Shown here one piece after another: positions 10,016 through 21,010 of a stretch of 64,000 bases of DNA; within the stretch, counting starts at the first letter, position 1, and each line of letters starts with the position of its first letter. Source of the stretch: Thiogranum sp. Lineage in GTDB: Bacteria > Pseudomonadota > Gammaproteobacteria > DSM-19610. The stretch lies in NCBI GenBank assembly GCA_022340245.1, contig JAJDOI010000022.1, positions 2,394 through 66,393 of the forward strand, given 5' to 3'. The notes below the pieces were generated by a model. It had not been told where the DNA came from. It ran no database searches and worked only from the letters and a program-made list of their open reading frames with translations. Made by a program: the position numbers and the translations under genes.

Positions 10016-12553
10016 TTACTCGACGACGCGCGCCGTCTCGGTACGTTCGAAGACCTCGATCTGGTCGCCGACCTGGACATCGTTGTAGCCCTTGACGCCG
10101 ATGCCGCATTCCGTCCCCGAGCGCACTTCGTTGACGTCATCCTTGAACCGCCGCAGCGATTCCAGCTCGCCCTCGTAGATCACCACGTTGTCTCGCAGGA
10201 CGCGGATCGGCGCACTGCGCTTGACCGCGCCTTCGACCACCATGCACCCGGCGATGGCGCCGATCTTGGGCGCACGGAAGACATCCCGCACTTCCGCCAG
10301 GCCGATGATTTCTTCGGTGATTTCGGGTGACAGCATGCCCGAGACCGCCGCCTTGACCTGGTCGATGGCGTCATAAATCACGCTGTAGTAATGCAGATCG
10401 ATACCATGCTCTTCCACAATCCGGCGGGCGGCGGCATCGGCGCGCACATTGAAACCTATGAGGATGGCGTTGGAGGCAACGGCCAGGTTGGCATCGGTTT
10501 CATTGATACCACCGACACCGGCCGAGACCACCTTGACCGCCACTTCGTCGGTCTGGATCTTGGTCAGCGAATCGCGCAGCGCCTCGACACTGCCCTGAAC
10601 ATCGGCCTTGAGCACGATATTGAGCATCGTCGTCTCGCCGGTGCCCATGCGCGAGAACATATCTTCCAGCTTGGTCTGCTGCTGTTTGGCCAGCTTGATC
10701 TCACGCTGTTTCTGCTGACGGAACTCGGCCAGCTCGCGGGCCTTGCGCTCGTCGTTGATCACCAGGGCGTCTTCGCCGGCATCCGGCGTGCCCGACAGTC
10801 CCAGCACCACGGCCGGCATCGACGGTCCGGCGGATTCTATCGGCCGACCGGCTTCGTCAAACATGGCGCGTACACGCCCCATTTCCTGCCCCGTAACCAG
10901 CGTATCCCCGCGCCGTAACACGCCGTTCTGCACCAGGATGGTTGCCACCGGTCCGCGCCCCTTGTCCAGGGTGGATTCGATAACCACGCCCTGCGCGGGA
11001 CAATCCTCCACCGCCTTCAGTTCGAGCACTTCCGCCTGCAGCAACAGTGCGTCCAGCAGGTCATCGACACCTTCGCCGGTTTTCGCCGACACGGGGATAA
11101 ACTGGGTATCACCGCCCCAGTCTTCCGGTATCACCTGCTGCTGCGATAATTCGGTTTTCAGACGATCGATGTCCGCATCGGGTTTATCCATCTTGTTCAT
11201 GGCGACCACCATCGGAACACCCGCCGCCCGGCTGTGCTGTATGGCTTCGATGGTCTGCGGCTTGACGCCGTCATCGGCAGCCACCACCAGGATGACGATG
11301 TCGGTGACCTTCGCGCCGCGTGCCCGCATGGCGGTAAAGGCCGCGTGGCCCGGGGTGTCCAGGAAACTGATGGTGCCCTTGTCCGTATCAACGTGATACG
11401 CACCGATGTGCTGGGTGATACCACCGGCCTCACCGGCGGCCACCCGGGTGCTGCGAATGTAGTCAAGCAGCGAGGTCTTGCCGTGGTCGACGTGTCCCAT
11501 GATGGTGACTACCGGCGGCCGCGGTACCTTCTCGCCGGAAATCTCTTTCGCGGCCAGTTCCTCGATCTGGGTCTCCAGATCGTTGTCCGATACCGGCTTG
11601 GCGACGTGCCCCAGCTCCTCGACCAGCAGCGTGGCGGTATCCTGGTCCAGACTCTGGTTGATAGTCGCCATGACACCCATCTTCATCAGGGATTTGATCA
11701 GCTCGGTCCCCTTGATAGACATCTTCTGCGCCAGCTCGGAGACGGTGATAGCCTCCGGTACAGACACTTCGTGGACCACCGGTGCGGTCGGCTTCGCAAA
11801 ACCGTGTTCGCCGCTGGTACGGAAGGTACCTCCGGCCTTACCGGGTTTCTTCTTCTTGCGACGGCCACCTTTGCCTTCGGCAACGTGCAGCTCCTGACGT
11901 CCGTACTTGGTATGCCGGTCTGCGGCTTCGTGGCGTTTCGCCTTGCGTTCCGGCTCGGCCTTCTGCTGCTTGGCCTCCTGCTCGGCGCGCGCCTGGGCCT
12001 GGGCCTGTTCATCGGCCTTGCGACGCTCACTCTCGGCCTCGCGGGCAGCGGTTTCTTCCTGGCGGCGCTTGGATTCTTCGGCACGCTGACGGTCTTCCTC
12101 GGCACGCCGGGTAGCTTCTTCCTCGGCACGGCGCAATGCCTCACGCTCGGCTTCCTGCTTGGCCTCGCGTTCGGCGAGCAGCTTGGCCTTTTCCTCGGCT
12201 TCCTGTTTGAGGCGATCCTGTTCCTCGGCCACCAGGTCAGCGCGCTTCACATAGGTGCGTTTCTTGCGCACCTCGACGCTGACGGTTTTCGAAGCGGCGC
12301 CGCGCGGCGACGTTGTGCGCAGCTCGCTGTGCGAACGGCGCTTGAGCGTCACCTTTTTGGGCTGGGACACAGTCAATGCTTCGGATTTACCGTGACTCTT
12401 GCGGAGGTAGCTGAGCAGTTGCATTTTCTCCTTGTCGGAAATCGTAGCATCCGCGCCAGATATGCTCAGACCGGCTTCGTCGAGCTGCGCCAACAGGCGT
12501 TCAACCGGCAAACCCACTACGTCTGCAAACTGTCGTACCGTTACTTCTGTCAT
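10016..12553 (-). CDS. infB: Translation initiation factor IF-2
   Basis: 845 aa with a charged E/A/K/R-rich N-domain. The G-domain has [17 protein letters not shown] and NKMD, and the C-terminus is ...[17 protein letters not shown]. Confidence 0.97.
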   Translation of the reverse strand: MTEVTVRQFADVVGLPVERLLAQLDEAGLSISGADATISDKEKMQLLSYLRKSHGKSEALTVSQPKKVTLKRRSHSELRTTSPRGAASKTVSVEVRKKRTYVKRADLVAEEQDRLKQEAEEKAKLLAEREAKQEAEREALRRAEEEATRRAEEDRQRAEESKRRQEETAAREAESERRKADEQAQAQARAEQEAKQQKAEPERKAKRHEAADRHTKYGRQELHVAEGKGGRRKKKKPGKAGGTFRTSGEHGFAKPTAPVVHEVSVPEAITVSELAQKMSIKGTELIKSLMKMGVMATINQSLDQDTATLLVEELGHVAKPVSDNDLETQIEELAAKEISGEKVPRPPVVTIMGHVDHGKTSLLDYIRSTRVAAGEAGGITQHIGAYHVDTDKGTISFLDTPGHAAFTAMRARGAKVTDIVILVVAADDGVKPQTIEAIQHSRAAGVPMVVAMNKMDKPDADIDRLKTELSQQQVIPEDWGGDTQFIPVSAKTGEGVDDLLDALLLQAEVLELKAVEDCPAQGVVIESTLDKGRGPVATILVQNGVLRRGDTLVTGQEMGRVRAMFDEAGRPIESAGPSMPAVVLGLSGTPDAGEDALVINDERKARELAEFRQQKQREIKLAKQQQTKLEDMFSRMGTGETTMLNIVLKADVQGSVEALRDSLTKIQTDEVAVKVVSAGVGGINETDANLAVASNAILIGFNVRADAAARRIVEEHGIDLHYYSVIYDAIDQVKAAVSGMLSPEITEEIIGLAEVRDVFRAPKIGAIAGCMVVEGAVKRSAPIRVLRDNVVIYEGELESLRRFKDDVNEVRSGTECGIGVKGYNDVQVGDQIEVFERTETARVVE

Positions 12554-12575
12554 AGCTCAGGCGTCTCCTCGACCT

Positions 12576-14102
12576 TTAGCCTTGCTCTTGTTCGGCGAAC
12601 CAGGGGGCTCGCGCCGTCATGATCAACTGACCTGCCCGCTCGGCCTCCAGACCTTCAATATCCAGCAAATCGTCCACAGCCTGCTCGGCCAGATCTTCCA
12701 TGGTGACGATGCCCTGGCCCGCCAGTCGGTAGGCGAGTTCGTCGTCCATACCTTCCATCTCCAGCAGATCCTGCGCCGGCTGCGCACCGCTCATGCTCTC
12801 TTCGTTGACAATGGCGCGCGTCAGCAACACATCGCGCGCGCGACCACGCAATTCTTCAACGATAGCCTCTTCGAACTCCTCGATCTGCATCAGCTCGCTG
12901 TTCGGAACGTAGGCGATCTCTTCGACCGTAGAGAAACCTTCCTGCACCAGGATAACCGCGACTTCCTCGTCGACATCCAGGTCGTCCATGAACAGCTTCT
13001 GCAGTTTCTGCGCTTCTTCCTCGGACTTTTCCGCGGCCTGCTGCTCGTCCATGACGTTGAGTTCCCAGTTGGTCAGCTGCGATGCCAGTCGCACGTTCTG
13101 GCCGCCACGACCAATAGCCTGCGACAACTGGTCGGAGGTCACCGCCACGTCCATGCTGTTGCGTTCCTCGTCAACAACGATTGAAACCACTTCCGCCGGC
13201 GACATGGCATTGATAACGAACTGCGCCGGGTTTTCATTCCAGAGAATGATATCGACACGTTCTCCGGCCAGCTCGGTGGACACGGTCTGCACGCGCGAAC
13301 CGCGCATGCCGACACAGGCGCCGACCGGGTCGATACGCGGATCATTGCTCTTGACCGCGATTTTGGCGCGCAGTCCCGGATCCCGCGCCGCGCCCAGGAT
13401 CTCGATCAGGCCCTGTCCGACTTCCGGCACTTCAAGCTTGAACAGTTCGATAAGGAATTCCGGGGCCACGCGACTGATAAACAATTGCGGGCCGCGAGGC
13501 TCGGAACGCACATCCTGCAGATAACCGCGCAGGCGGTCGCCGGGACGCACCGCTTCGCGCGGGATCATCTCCTCGCGATAAATAATGGCTTCGGCGTTAC
13601 CGCCCAGATCCAGGTAGACATTGCCGCGCTCAACGCGCTTGACAATACCGGTGACGAGTTCGCCGACACGGCTCTGGTAGGCATCCACCACCTGAGCGCG
13701 TTCCGCTTCGCGCACCTTCTGGACGATGACCTGCTTGGCCGTCTGGGCGCCGATGCGACCGAAGTCCACCGACTCCATGGCCTCTTCGATAAAGTCGCCA
13801 ACCTGTATGTCAGGATGCTTCTCGCGGGCTTCTTCAAGCAGGACCTGGCGCGACGGATAGCGGTAACCGCTCTCCTCGTCTTCCTCATCCTCTTCCGGCG
13901 TTTCCTCGACCACCTCCCAGCGACGGAAGGTCTGGTAATCACCGGTGTTGCGGTCTATGGCCACACGCGCATCGATGTCCTCTTCGTGGCGCTTTCTGGT
14001 CGCCGAGGCAAGCGCCGCTTCGATGGCACCGAAAATCACTTCCTTGTCGACGCCTTTCTCATTCGATACCGCGTCCACGACCAACAGAATTTCTTTACTC
14101 AT
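12576..14102 (-). CDS. nusA: Transcription termination/antitermination factor NusA
   Basis: 508 aa: [18 protein letters not shown]..., an S1 domain, two KH domains ([16 protein letters not shown]) and C-terminal acidic repeats. Confidence 0.97.
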   Translation of the reverse strand: MSKEILLVVDAVSNEKGVDKEVIFGAIEAALASATRKRHEEDIDARVAIDRNTGDYQTFRRWEVVEETPEEDEEDEESGYRYPSRQVLLEEAREKHPDIQVGDFIEEAMESVDFGRIGAQTAKQVIVQKVREAERAQVVDAYQSRVGELVTGIVKRVERGNVYLDLGGNAEAIIYREEMIPREAVRPGDRLRGYLQDVRSEPRGPQLFISRVAPEFLIELFKLEVPEVGQGLIEILGAARDPGLRAKIAVKSNDPRIDPVGACVGMRGSRVQTVSTELAGERVDIILWNENPAQFVINAMSPAEVVSIVVDEERNSMDVAVTSDQLSQAIGRGGQNVRLASQLTNWELNVMDEQQAAEKSEEEAQKLQKLFMDDLDVDEEVAVILVQEGFSTVEEIAYVPNSELMQIEEFEEAIVEELRGRARDVLLTRAIVNEESMSGAQPAQDLLEMEGMDDELAYRLAGQGIVTMEDLAEQAVDDLLDIEGLEAERAGQLIMTARAPWFAEQEQG

Positions 14103-14578
14103 TACGCACCCTCCGCGCGATGCGATTTATAATCCGGAACCAGCCGTGCTCGGTCTATTTCATCCAGTGCCACTACCAGTTCCTCGTCATCCATTTGTAA
14201 AACCACCTGGCCGTCCCGCAGTCCGCCCAGCACACCTTTAAATTTACGACGCCCGTTGACCGGCGCCAGCAGGCGGACATCCACCTGGTTCCCGGCAAAG
14301 CGCTCGAAATCCCGCGCCTGGAACAGGGGCCTGTCCAGGCCCGGCGAGGACACTTCCAGCGTATACTCACCGCGAATCGGATCCTCGACATCCAGGACGC
14401 CGCTGACCTGGTGGCTCACCGCCTGGCAGTCGTCCACGCTGATCCCGTCGGGATGGTCTATGTAGACGCGCAGCAGGCCGCTCTTGCCGTGAATGAATTC
14501 CACACCAACCAGTTCAAAACCCAACGCTGTAACTGCCGGCTCAATCAGCTCCCGCAGCTCGACCGACTCGTGCGGCAT
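14102..14578 (-). CDS. rimP: Ribosome maturation factor RimP
   Basis: The internal ATG at 14576-14578 ([28 protein letters not shown]...) gives a typical length of about 158 aa. [12 protein letters not shown] motif. The stop overlaps the nusA start by 1 nt. Confidence 0.9.
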   Translation of the reverse strand: MPHESVELRELIEPAVTALGFELVGVEFIHGKSGLLRVYIDHPDGISVDDCQAVSHQVSGVLDVEDPIRGEYTLEVSSPGLDRPLFQARDFERFAGNQVDVRLLAPVNGRRKFKGVLGGLRDGQVVLQMDDEELVVALDEIDRARLVPDYKSHRAEGA

Positions 14579-14998
14579 CCGCTTGCACCACAAATAAAAA
14601 ATGGGCCAAAGGCCCACTTCAAATCACGACACCCGCCACAAATCTGACGGATCCGCCTGAAATTCCAAGCATTGTATCAGACTGCGCTGATTAAATGTAG
14701 CCCAATAACTTTCACCCACCAGGAACTGTGTCGACACCGCCAGGCACGGTGGCGTCGGCGCGGCGATCCACCCAGGCGTCAACGGTATCTTGTCTCATTA
14801 CTTTAGTAACTTACGCCGTAAAGTTAAGGCGCCTATCTAAAAACGCTGCCGAAGCCGCTAAGAAACCGTAAATTACTTCACATTCAGCGCCTTAGCTTGC
14901 GCCCTTTGGATGGCTCGTCCATACTCCGGAACCGGCGCCGGTTTTCGCCGTATCCCCGTTGATAGCAGTTGTACTGTAACCGGATTACGAGGCTCTGC

Positions 14999-15205
14999 AT
15001 GTCCAAAGCATTCCTGTTCCTGAACACCTTCGAAGACGCCGTATACGCTGTAACTGTCCTGGGATTTCCCGTCGAACTCGTCCCCCAGGCGCCGATAAGA
15101 ACCGGGGAACGCATCCGGGTCGACCGCCGCGAAGAACTGGAAAATGCTTACCACCGCCTGTGCAGCAACAACGTGACCGGGGAATTCACCGCGCTGCGCA
15201 TCTAG
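14999..15205 (+). CDS. Small hypothetical protein (68 aa)
   Basis: MSKAFLFLNTFEDAVYAVTVLGFPVELVPQ... Its codon third positions are clearly more GC/pyrimidine-rich than those of the overlapping minus-strand ORFs. I did not recognise a family. Confidence 0.45.
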   Translation: MSKAFLFLNTFEDAVYAVTVLGFPVELVPQAPIRTGERIRVDRREELENAYHRLCSNNVTGEFTALRI

Positions 15206-15234
15206 TCGGGTGTAACCCGCGCTTGCGCAGCAGA

Positions 15235-16122
15235 CTACCCACCGAACTTTTTTCTGCCCGCATCATGGCAGCCGGCCCGTACTTTCGAGGCGAGACCGTT
15301 TGCGACCCGTTGATCCGCGCCATCCACCGTCTGCCGATCACCGGCCTCCCCGAGGCTGTATTCCCGGTCAGTCCAGTGAATCAGCGATAAGGTACCATCC
15401 AGCCGCTCGACCAGTGCCGAACAGTGTTCCACCCAATCGCCGTCATTGCAGTAGACGAAACCGTCTCGACGCGCCAGGCACGGCTTGTGGATATGTCCGC
15501 ACACGACCCCGTCCATGCCGCGTTTCCTGGCGTAATCCGCAACCACCGACTCGAAAATGCCGATGTGCCTGTTGGCATTTCCGACCTTGCTCTTGATAAA
15601 CGAAGACAGTGACCAATAGGGCTTGTTGAAGCGGCGCCGCCACGTGTTGTAGACGCCGTTGAGGTGCAGCAGCAGGTCGTAGCTCAGAGCACCGATCCAT
15701 TCCATGAGCCGCGGGCACTGCAACATGCCGTCAAACTCGTCGCCGTGCATCACCAGGAGCTTCTTGCCGCCCAGCGTCTCATGCACCGCGGTGCGTTGAA
15801 TGTCGACGTTACCAAACACTTCCCCCACGTGGTCGCGTATCGGCTCGTCGTGGTTGCCGGGTACATAGACCACCCTGGTATCGTGCTTGGCCTTGCCGAG
15901 TATGGCGCGTATCACATTGTTGTGGATCTGCGGCCAGTACAGCCCGCGACGCATGGCGCGCATATCGATGATGTCACCTACCAGATAGAGGTGTTCCGTT
16001 TGCACCGAAAGCAGGAAATCGAGGAGAAAATCGGCTTTGCAGGCCCGGGATCCCAGGTGGACATCTGAGATCCACACAGAGCGAAACTTGAGCGGCCGCA
16101 TGGAATACAACACATTGGTCAT
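15235..16122 (-). CDS. LpxH-family (UDP-2,3-diacylglucosamine diphosphatase-like) calcineurin-type metallophosphoesterase
   Basis: 295 aa with metallophosphoesterase motifs ISDVHLG, LVGDIID, PGNHDE, VMHGDEFD and CGHIH. It is not the canonical E. coli-type LpxH N-terminus, so no gene symbol is given. Confidence 0.8.
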   Translation of the reverse strand: MTNVLYSMRPLKFRSVWISDVHLGSRACKADFLLDFLLSVQTEHLYLVGDIIDMRAMRRGLYWPQIHNNVIRAILGKAKHDTRVVYVPGNHDEPIRDHVGEVFGNVDIQRTAVHETLGGKKLLVMHGDEFDGMLQCPRLMEWIGALSYDLLLHLNGVYNTWRRRFNKPYWSLSSFIKSKVGNANRHIGIFESVVADYARKRGMDGVVCGHIHKPCLARRDGFVYCNDGDWVEHCSALVERLDGTLSLIHWTDREYSLGEAGDRQTVDGADQRVANGLASKVRAGCHDAGRKKFGG

Positions 16123-16297
16123 ATCGGCTACTCATTCATCCAGCGGGCAGGGGCGTCTTGACCAGGTCGTCAAGCCTGACGGGACAGGTGGTGCGAGCAG
16201 CTGTTTGGGACATGCAGTCAATCTCCGTGCAACGATTAACTGCTTATTACGTCATTCCTGTTGCGATTTGATGAAGATTGACGCCGTCACATAAAGT

Positions 16298-16579
16298 TCA
16301 CGTTGCCGCGGCATGGCGTCTGAGGGTGATTTTCAGCAGGGGCGGTGCCAGCAGCGTGGTAATGACAACGACGAGCACCGGCGATGAGAACAGGGCATCG
16401 TTGACCACACCGAACTCTTTGCCGATGGCCGCGAATATCAACCCGACCTCGCCGCGCGGCAACATGCCGATACCGATGGCCAGGCTGCCCATGATCATGC
16501 CGATGGTCAGCTCGCCCAGCACCGACGGCAGACCCAGCTTGCGTGCGCTGAAGCGGCCGATCAGTGCGACAAACAGCAA
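16298..16579 (-). pseudogene. Remnant of a cation:proton antiporter (CPA-type) with a large internal deletion
   Basis: A 93-codon ORF (TTG start) joins a typical antiporter TM1 (LLFVALIGRFSARKLGLPSVLGELTIGMIMG) directly to a typical last-helix segment (GMLPRGEVGLIFAAIGKEFGVV...VVVITTLLAPPLLK). The roughly 300 residues expected in between are missing. Confidence 0.5.
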
Positions 16580-16706
16580 CCCGTCACAGCCGGTATGACC
16601 GGGGCAATGGGATCACTGTGTGATACGCTGCCGGCCGCAAAAAAGGCGCACGCCGGCATCAGGCTCAGCCCGACAACGGGCAAGAGTGGGGTGAGACCGC
16701 CTTTCA

Positions 16707-17711
16707 TCAGCATATCCGCGGCAATGGGTCGTCCTCCAGCTCTTCCAGAATTCTCTGTCCACCGAGTTGCGTTTGCAGTACCAGCAGCCCTTCACCCGCG
16801 ACCACAGTGCCGATAACCGCAGCTTCCCGGCCTTCGGGCAGTGCCCGCCAGCTATCCAGCAGCGCCTCGCTCTGCTCGGCTGCAACAACCGCCACAACAC
16901 GACCCTCGCAGGCCAGGAACAAAGGGTCGTAACCGAGCATTTCGCACACCGACTGAACGGCATCGCGCACCGGCAGCTGCTGCTCTGCCAGACGGATGTC
17001 GTGACCGGTGGCGTGGCAGAGTTCGTGGCATACGGTCGCCAGACCACCGCGGGTCGGATCGCGCATAAACCGCAGACCTTCAAACCGAAGCGCCGCGCTG
17101 GTCAGTGGCAGTACACTGGCTGCATCCGAGCGGACATCGCCGCGCAAGCCGAACTGTTCGCGCGCCAGCATCACCGCTATGCCGTGATCACCGACCGGGC
17201 CGCTGACCACCAGCCGGTCGCCGGCACGGATAGCCTGCATGCCCAGCGCCGGACCGGGCAGGCGCACCCCGATGCCGGTGGTAGCCAGGTACAGGCCGCC
17301 ACCCTCGCCGCGCCGCACTACCTTGGTGTCACCGGCCACCACTTCCACACCGATGGCGGCAGCACTACGAGCGAGCGAAGCTATAAGCCTGTCCAGTTGC
17401 GCGACCTCCATCCCCTCTTCGATAAAAGCATTCAAACTCAGATATTTCGGCAGCCCACCGGCAACAGCCAGGTCGTTGGTGGTGCCGTGTACCGCCAGGG
17501 AACCGATATCGCCACCGGGAAATTCCAGCGGCTGCACGGTGAAGCCGTCGGTAGTAAACAGCAACTCGCTGCCCTCCAGCACCAGTCTGACTGCATCGGC
17601 CTGTGTGTCGAGATCCGGGTTGGACAGATGTCGGGCAAACACATCGTCGATGAGTTCGCGCATATAGCGACCACCGTTGCCGTGGGCCAACGAAATATGG
17701 GTATCCTGCAT
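16707..17711 (-). CDS. hypE: [NiFe]-hydrogenase maturation protein HypE
   Basis: 334 aa: MQDTHISLAHGNGG..., PurM/AIR-synthase-like fold motifs, and the diagnostic C-terminal PRIC. Confidence 0.95.
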   Translation of the reverse strand: MQDTHISLAHGNGGRYMRELIDDVFARHLSNPDLDTQADAVRLVLEGSELLFTTDGFTVQPLEFPGGDIGSLAVHGTTNDLAVAGGLPKYLSLNAFIEEGMEVAQLDRLIASLARSAAAIGVEVVAGDTKVVRRGEGGGLYLATTGIGVRLPGPALGMQAIRAGDRLVVSGPVGDHGIAVMLAREQFGLRGDVRSDAASVLPLTSAALRFEGLRFMRDPTRGGLATVCHELCHATGHDIRLAEQQLPVRDAVQSVCEMLGYDPLFLACEGRVVAVVAAEQSEALLDSWRALPEGREAAVIGTVVAGEGLLVLQTQLGGQRILEELEDDPLPRIC

Positions 17712-17943
17712 GCCTGCTTCCTATGGCTGTGAATTGACGCTTGGCTATTGATGAGAACTGTCAGCCGCGCTGAACGCCGGGCCGGCCAGACTGCGCAGAA
17801 GGATAGCGCATCGCGATCCAGATTGAAGCATGATACAGCGGCGCGCACGCAACTTACCCCTGCCCATTGGAAGGCATGCTCGCTCGGCCGCTGCCGGCTA
17901 CGGACGAAGCCGACCGCCCGAGTGCGATGGCAACTGACCGTTC

Positions 17944-20244
17944 TCAATCACCTGCCAGTTCTGTTCGACCATACTCGATAACCTGGCCGAAACACAGTCC
18001 TGCATCATTCATCGGCACCTGTTCACTCAGGCACACCTCGAAGCCTTCAGCCTGCAAGCGCGCGCAGGCCAGTTCGGTAAGTACCCGGTTCTGAAACACA
18101 CCGCCACACAGGCCTATACAGTCGACACGCCGCTCCTGACGGATCGTCATGGCCTGCCGGACCAGCATTTCCGCGAAACTGGCGTGCACGCGTTCGGCCT
18201 GCGCCTGAACGTTGTCGCGGTTATCCAGCAGGTTTTCTATCAGTGGCTGCCAGTCGCTGATCCACACACCGCTGGCGTCACGCGACAGCGGCAGTTCAAC
18301 GGGCTTGCTGTCCGCCCTGCACAGTGCCTCCAGCTGCATCGGCCCCTGACCCTCGAAACTGGCGCTGGCACAGACGCCGGTCAGCGCTGCCGCGGCGTCA
18401 AACAGGCGGCCGACGGCCGACGTCTGCGGCGCATTCAGGCGGCGTTGCCAGGCGTGGCATAACAACGCCCGGTCATCACCGTCTCCGTCCCGCCACGTCC
18501 GGCCGATTTCCCAGCTGACAGCGGCGGCGCTGCGCCACGGCTCGCGCGCCGCCTTGTCGCCGCCCGGCAACCGGAACGGCCGCACACTGGCGACGCGCTG
18601 CCAATCGCCAGGGCGACCCGCCAGCGCCTCACCGCCCCACAGGGTGTCGTCCTCACCATAACCGACACCGTCCCAGGTAAACACCAGCCAGTGTTGATCC
18701 AGGTTATGCTCAGCCGCCAGCGCCGATGCATGCGCACGGTGGTGATAAACAGGTGTCACTGGCAGACCACACTGCTGCGCCCAGCGCGTGGTGGCATAGC
18801 CAGGATGGGCATCACACACGGTGGCCATGGCACGCACGGCGTACAGCGACTGCAGGTCTTCGACGACCTGCAAGAAGACGTCCAGGCTGCGGGGCGAACC
18901 CATATCACCGATGTGCGGGGAAATCACGGCGCGCCGCTCCCAGGCCAGCGCCACGGTGTTTTTCATGTGGCCGCCGACCGCGATCACCGGCTGCGACAAT
19001 TCAAAGGGCAGCGTCAGCTCCAGTGGTGCGCATCCCCGCCCCAGACGCAGTGGCCGTGTCTTACCCTGCAGGGTGCGGTACACCGGATCGTCGGCCGGCC
19101 GCACAATGGGGCGGTCGTGGTGCAGAAACCCGGTGGCGACATGTATCAGGCGCTGTTGCGCGTCACGGTTTTCTGTCAATACCGGTTCGCCACTGATGTT
19201 GCCCGATGTGGCCACCAGAGGGCCGCCAAAGTCATTCAGCAGGACATGGTGCAAGGGGCTGTAGGGCAGCATGACGCCGACTTCCCGCAGGCCTGGCGCA
19301 ATCAGCGGTGAAAGCGTGCTGTCGGCGCGGCGCGCTGCGAGCACAATCGGCCGCAGTGGTGAAAGCAGCAACCGCTGCTCTGCGTCATCCGCCGTCACTT
19401 CAGCGAGCAGGGGCTGCAAGGGTGCCCGCAGCGGTGCCGGGAACATGACAGCGAGTGGTTTGTCCGGACGCCGTTTGCGCTCGCGCAGCCGCCTCACCGC
19501 CAGATCGTCGCGGGCATTGCACAACAAGTGATAACCACCAACACCCTTGACGGCAATGATTTCGCCGGCGCGCAGGGCATCGACACAGGCAGGTAATGCG
19601 ACCGTATCCACCAATCGGCAGACTCCCGGCCGCACGAATTCGGCGCGTGGGCCACAGCTCGGACATGCGACCGGTTCGGCGTGAAAACGCCGGTCGCACG
19701 GATCGGCATATTCGCGCGCACATTGCGGACATAACTCAAACGACGCCATGCTGGTATTGCTACGGTCGTATGGCAAGGCGTGAATCAGCGTATAGCGCGG
19801 CCCGCACTGGGTGCAATTGATGAAAGGGTAGCGGAAGCGGCGGTCAGCGGGTTCGTTGAGCTCCGCCAAACAGTCGTCGCAGGTGAAATAATCGGGTGGC
19901 ACATGGACCTGCACCTCGCCCTGGCGCTCACTGTCACGGATTGCGAACGCCTCGAAGGCCCCGGCTGCGACCTGCTCGACGGCCAGCAACTGCGGCCGCG
20001 CCAGTGGCGGCGCCTGGTTGATCAGCGCCGCGCCGAACGCTTCCTGCGCGCCGCGGTTACCCTGGGTGCAGATCTCGACCCGGCCGGTCTGATTCTGTAC
20101 CCAGCCCAGCAGGCCGTGAGCAAGCGCCAGGCGGTAGACGAAGGGCCGAAACCCGACCCCCTGGACCCGGCCACCGAGACACCAGCGCCGTGTTTCGACC
20201 GGCGTAGCCGGCAGGCAATGGCGCAGACCCGGCCTGACATCCAT
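17944..20244 (-). CDS. hypF: Carbamoyltransferase HypF
   Basis: 766 aa: an acylphosphatase domain (GRVQGVGFRPFVYRLA), two zinc-finger motifs (CDDCLAEL...FINCTQCGPRYT; CPQCAREY...ACPSCGP), a YrdC-like domain and a Kae1-like domain. Confidence 0.95.
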   Translation of the reverse strand: MDVRPGLRHCLPATPVETRRWCLGGRVQGVGFRPFVYRLALAHGLLGWVQNQTGRVEICTQGNRGAQEAFGAALINQAPPLARPQLLAVEQVAAGAFEAFAIRDSERQGEVQVHVPPDYFTCDDCLAELNEPADRRFRYPFINCTQCGPRYTLIHALPYDRSNTSMASFELCPQCAREYADPCDRRFHAEPVACPSCGPRAEFVRPGVCRLVDTVALPACVDALRAGEIIAVKGVGGYHLLCNARDDLAVRRLRERKRRPDKPLAVMFPAPLRAPLQPLLAEVTADDAEQRLLLSPLRPIVLAARRADSTLSPLIAPGLREVGVMLPYSPLHHVLLNDFGGPLVATSGNISGEPVLTENRDAQQRLIHVATGFLHHDRPIVRPADDPVYRTLQGKTRPLRLGRGCAPLELTLPFELSQPVIAVGGHMKNTVALAWERRAVISPHIGDMGSPRSLDVFLQVVEDLQSLYAVRAMATVCDAHPGYATTRWAQQCGLPVTPVYHHRAHASALAAEHNLDQHWLVFTWDGVGYGEDDTLWGGEALAGRPGDWQRVASVRPFRLPGGDKAAREPWRSAAAVSWEIGRTWRDGDGDDRALLCHAWQRRLNAPQTSAVGRLFDAAAALTGVCASASFEGQGPMQLEALCRADSKPVELPLSRDASGVWISDWQPLIENLLDNRDNVQAQAERVHASFAEMLVRQAMTIRQERRVDCIGLCGGVFQNRVLTELACARLQAEGFEVCLSEQVPMNDAGLCFGQVIEYGRTELAGD

Positions 20245-20247
20245 GCA

Positions 20248-20973
20248 TCACACCAGCAATCCACCGGCCATACCGATGTCGTACACGACCATGCCACCCA
20301 CACACAGGGTAGTCACGCCGACCAGCGCGTGCAGACCGTTGTGCGCCCAGTTCAGGCCGGCAATCGAATAGCGCAAGGGCACGGCGATGATCGCCGACAA
20401 GGCGGCCATGCCGGCAATCGATCCGACACCGAACAGCAGGATATAAACCATGCCGGCCAGCGGCGAGTGCACGCTGTTCAGCGTTAACAGTATCAGCGCT
20501 GCCGAACCGGCCATGCCGTGCATCATGCCGACAAACAGCGCGCGCAACGGGAAGCGGACCTGTTTATGCTGGTGGTGGTGCGCAGCCGGGTGACCCTGCT
20601 CGCCGGCGTGCGAGTGCGCATGAAAATGCAGCTGGCCGTCGGCGTGTCGGTGGGCGTGAAAGTGGATACGCTCGCGCAGCAGGCGTTGCAGCACATCGAT
20701 ACCCAGGCCGATCAGCATCAGGCCAACCATCAATTCAAGCACCTGCGCCAGTGTTTCCGGTATGACCGTATCCAGCAACAGCACCAGCGAACCGAACACA
20801 AACAGGGTCAGCGTATGGCCCAGCCCCCACACCGCGCCCTGACGCAGGGTGTCGGCCATGGAACTGCTGCGCGTCGCCAGCGAAGCCACGGCAGCGACGT
20901 GATCACTCTCCAGCGCATGCCGCATGCCGAGTAGAAATCCCAGTGAAAGCAGGCTGACACTCACAGGACACAC
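20248..20973 (-). CDS. Nickel/cobalt permease of the NicO/UreH-like family with a His-rich loop
   Basis: Multi-TM protein with the HX4DH signature (RHALESDH) and a loop HFHAHRHADGQLHFHAHSHAGEQGHPAAHHHQH. The maximal ORF runs to 21072 but would overlap hypD. GTG codons at 20971-20973 or 20962-20964 are more plausible starts, so the start is uncertain. Confidence 0.7.
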   Translation of the reverse strand: MCPVSVSLLSLGFLLGMRHALESDHVAAVASLATRSSSMADTLRQGAVWGLGHTLTLFVFGSLVLLLDTVIPETLAQVLELMVGLMLIGLGIDVLQRLLRERIHFHAHRHADGQLHFHAHSHAGEQGHPAAHHHQHKQVRFPLRALFVGMMHGMAGSAALILLTLNSVHSPLAGMVYILLFGVGSIAGMAALSAIIAVPLRYSIAGLNWAHNGLHALVGVTTLCVGGMVVYDIGMAGGLLV

Positions 20974-21010
20974 TCGGACAGTGGCGTAGCGACCATCTGC
21001 AAGCGCAGAC

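Noticed and set aside
11700-12300. Repetitive, highly charged E/A/K/R/Q segment that looks like a low-complexity repeat.
   Set aside because: It is the normal N-terminal domain of IF-2, in frame with the G-domain. It is not a repeat element or an insertion.
14618-14998. Searched for an initiator tRNA (metY sits upstream of rimP-nusA-infB in E. coli) or another small RNA.
   Set aside because: I could find no T-loop (GGTTCGAATCC-like), acceptor-stem pairing or cloverleaf on either strand. Only a short palindrome (aaccggcgccggtt, 14930-14943) is present, which is too weak to call.
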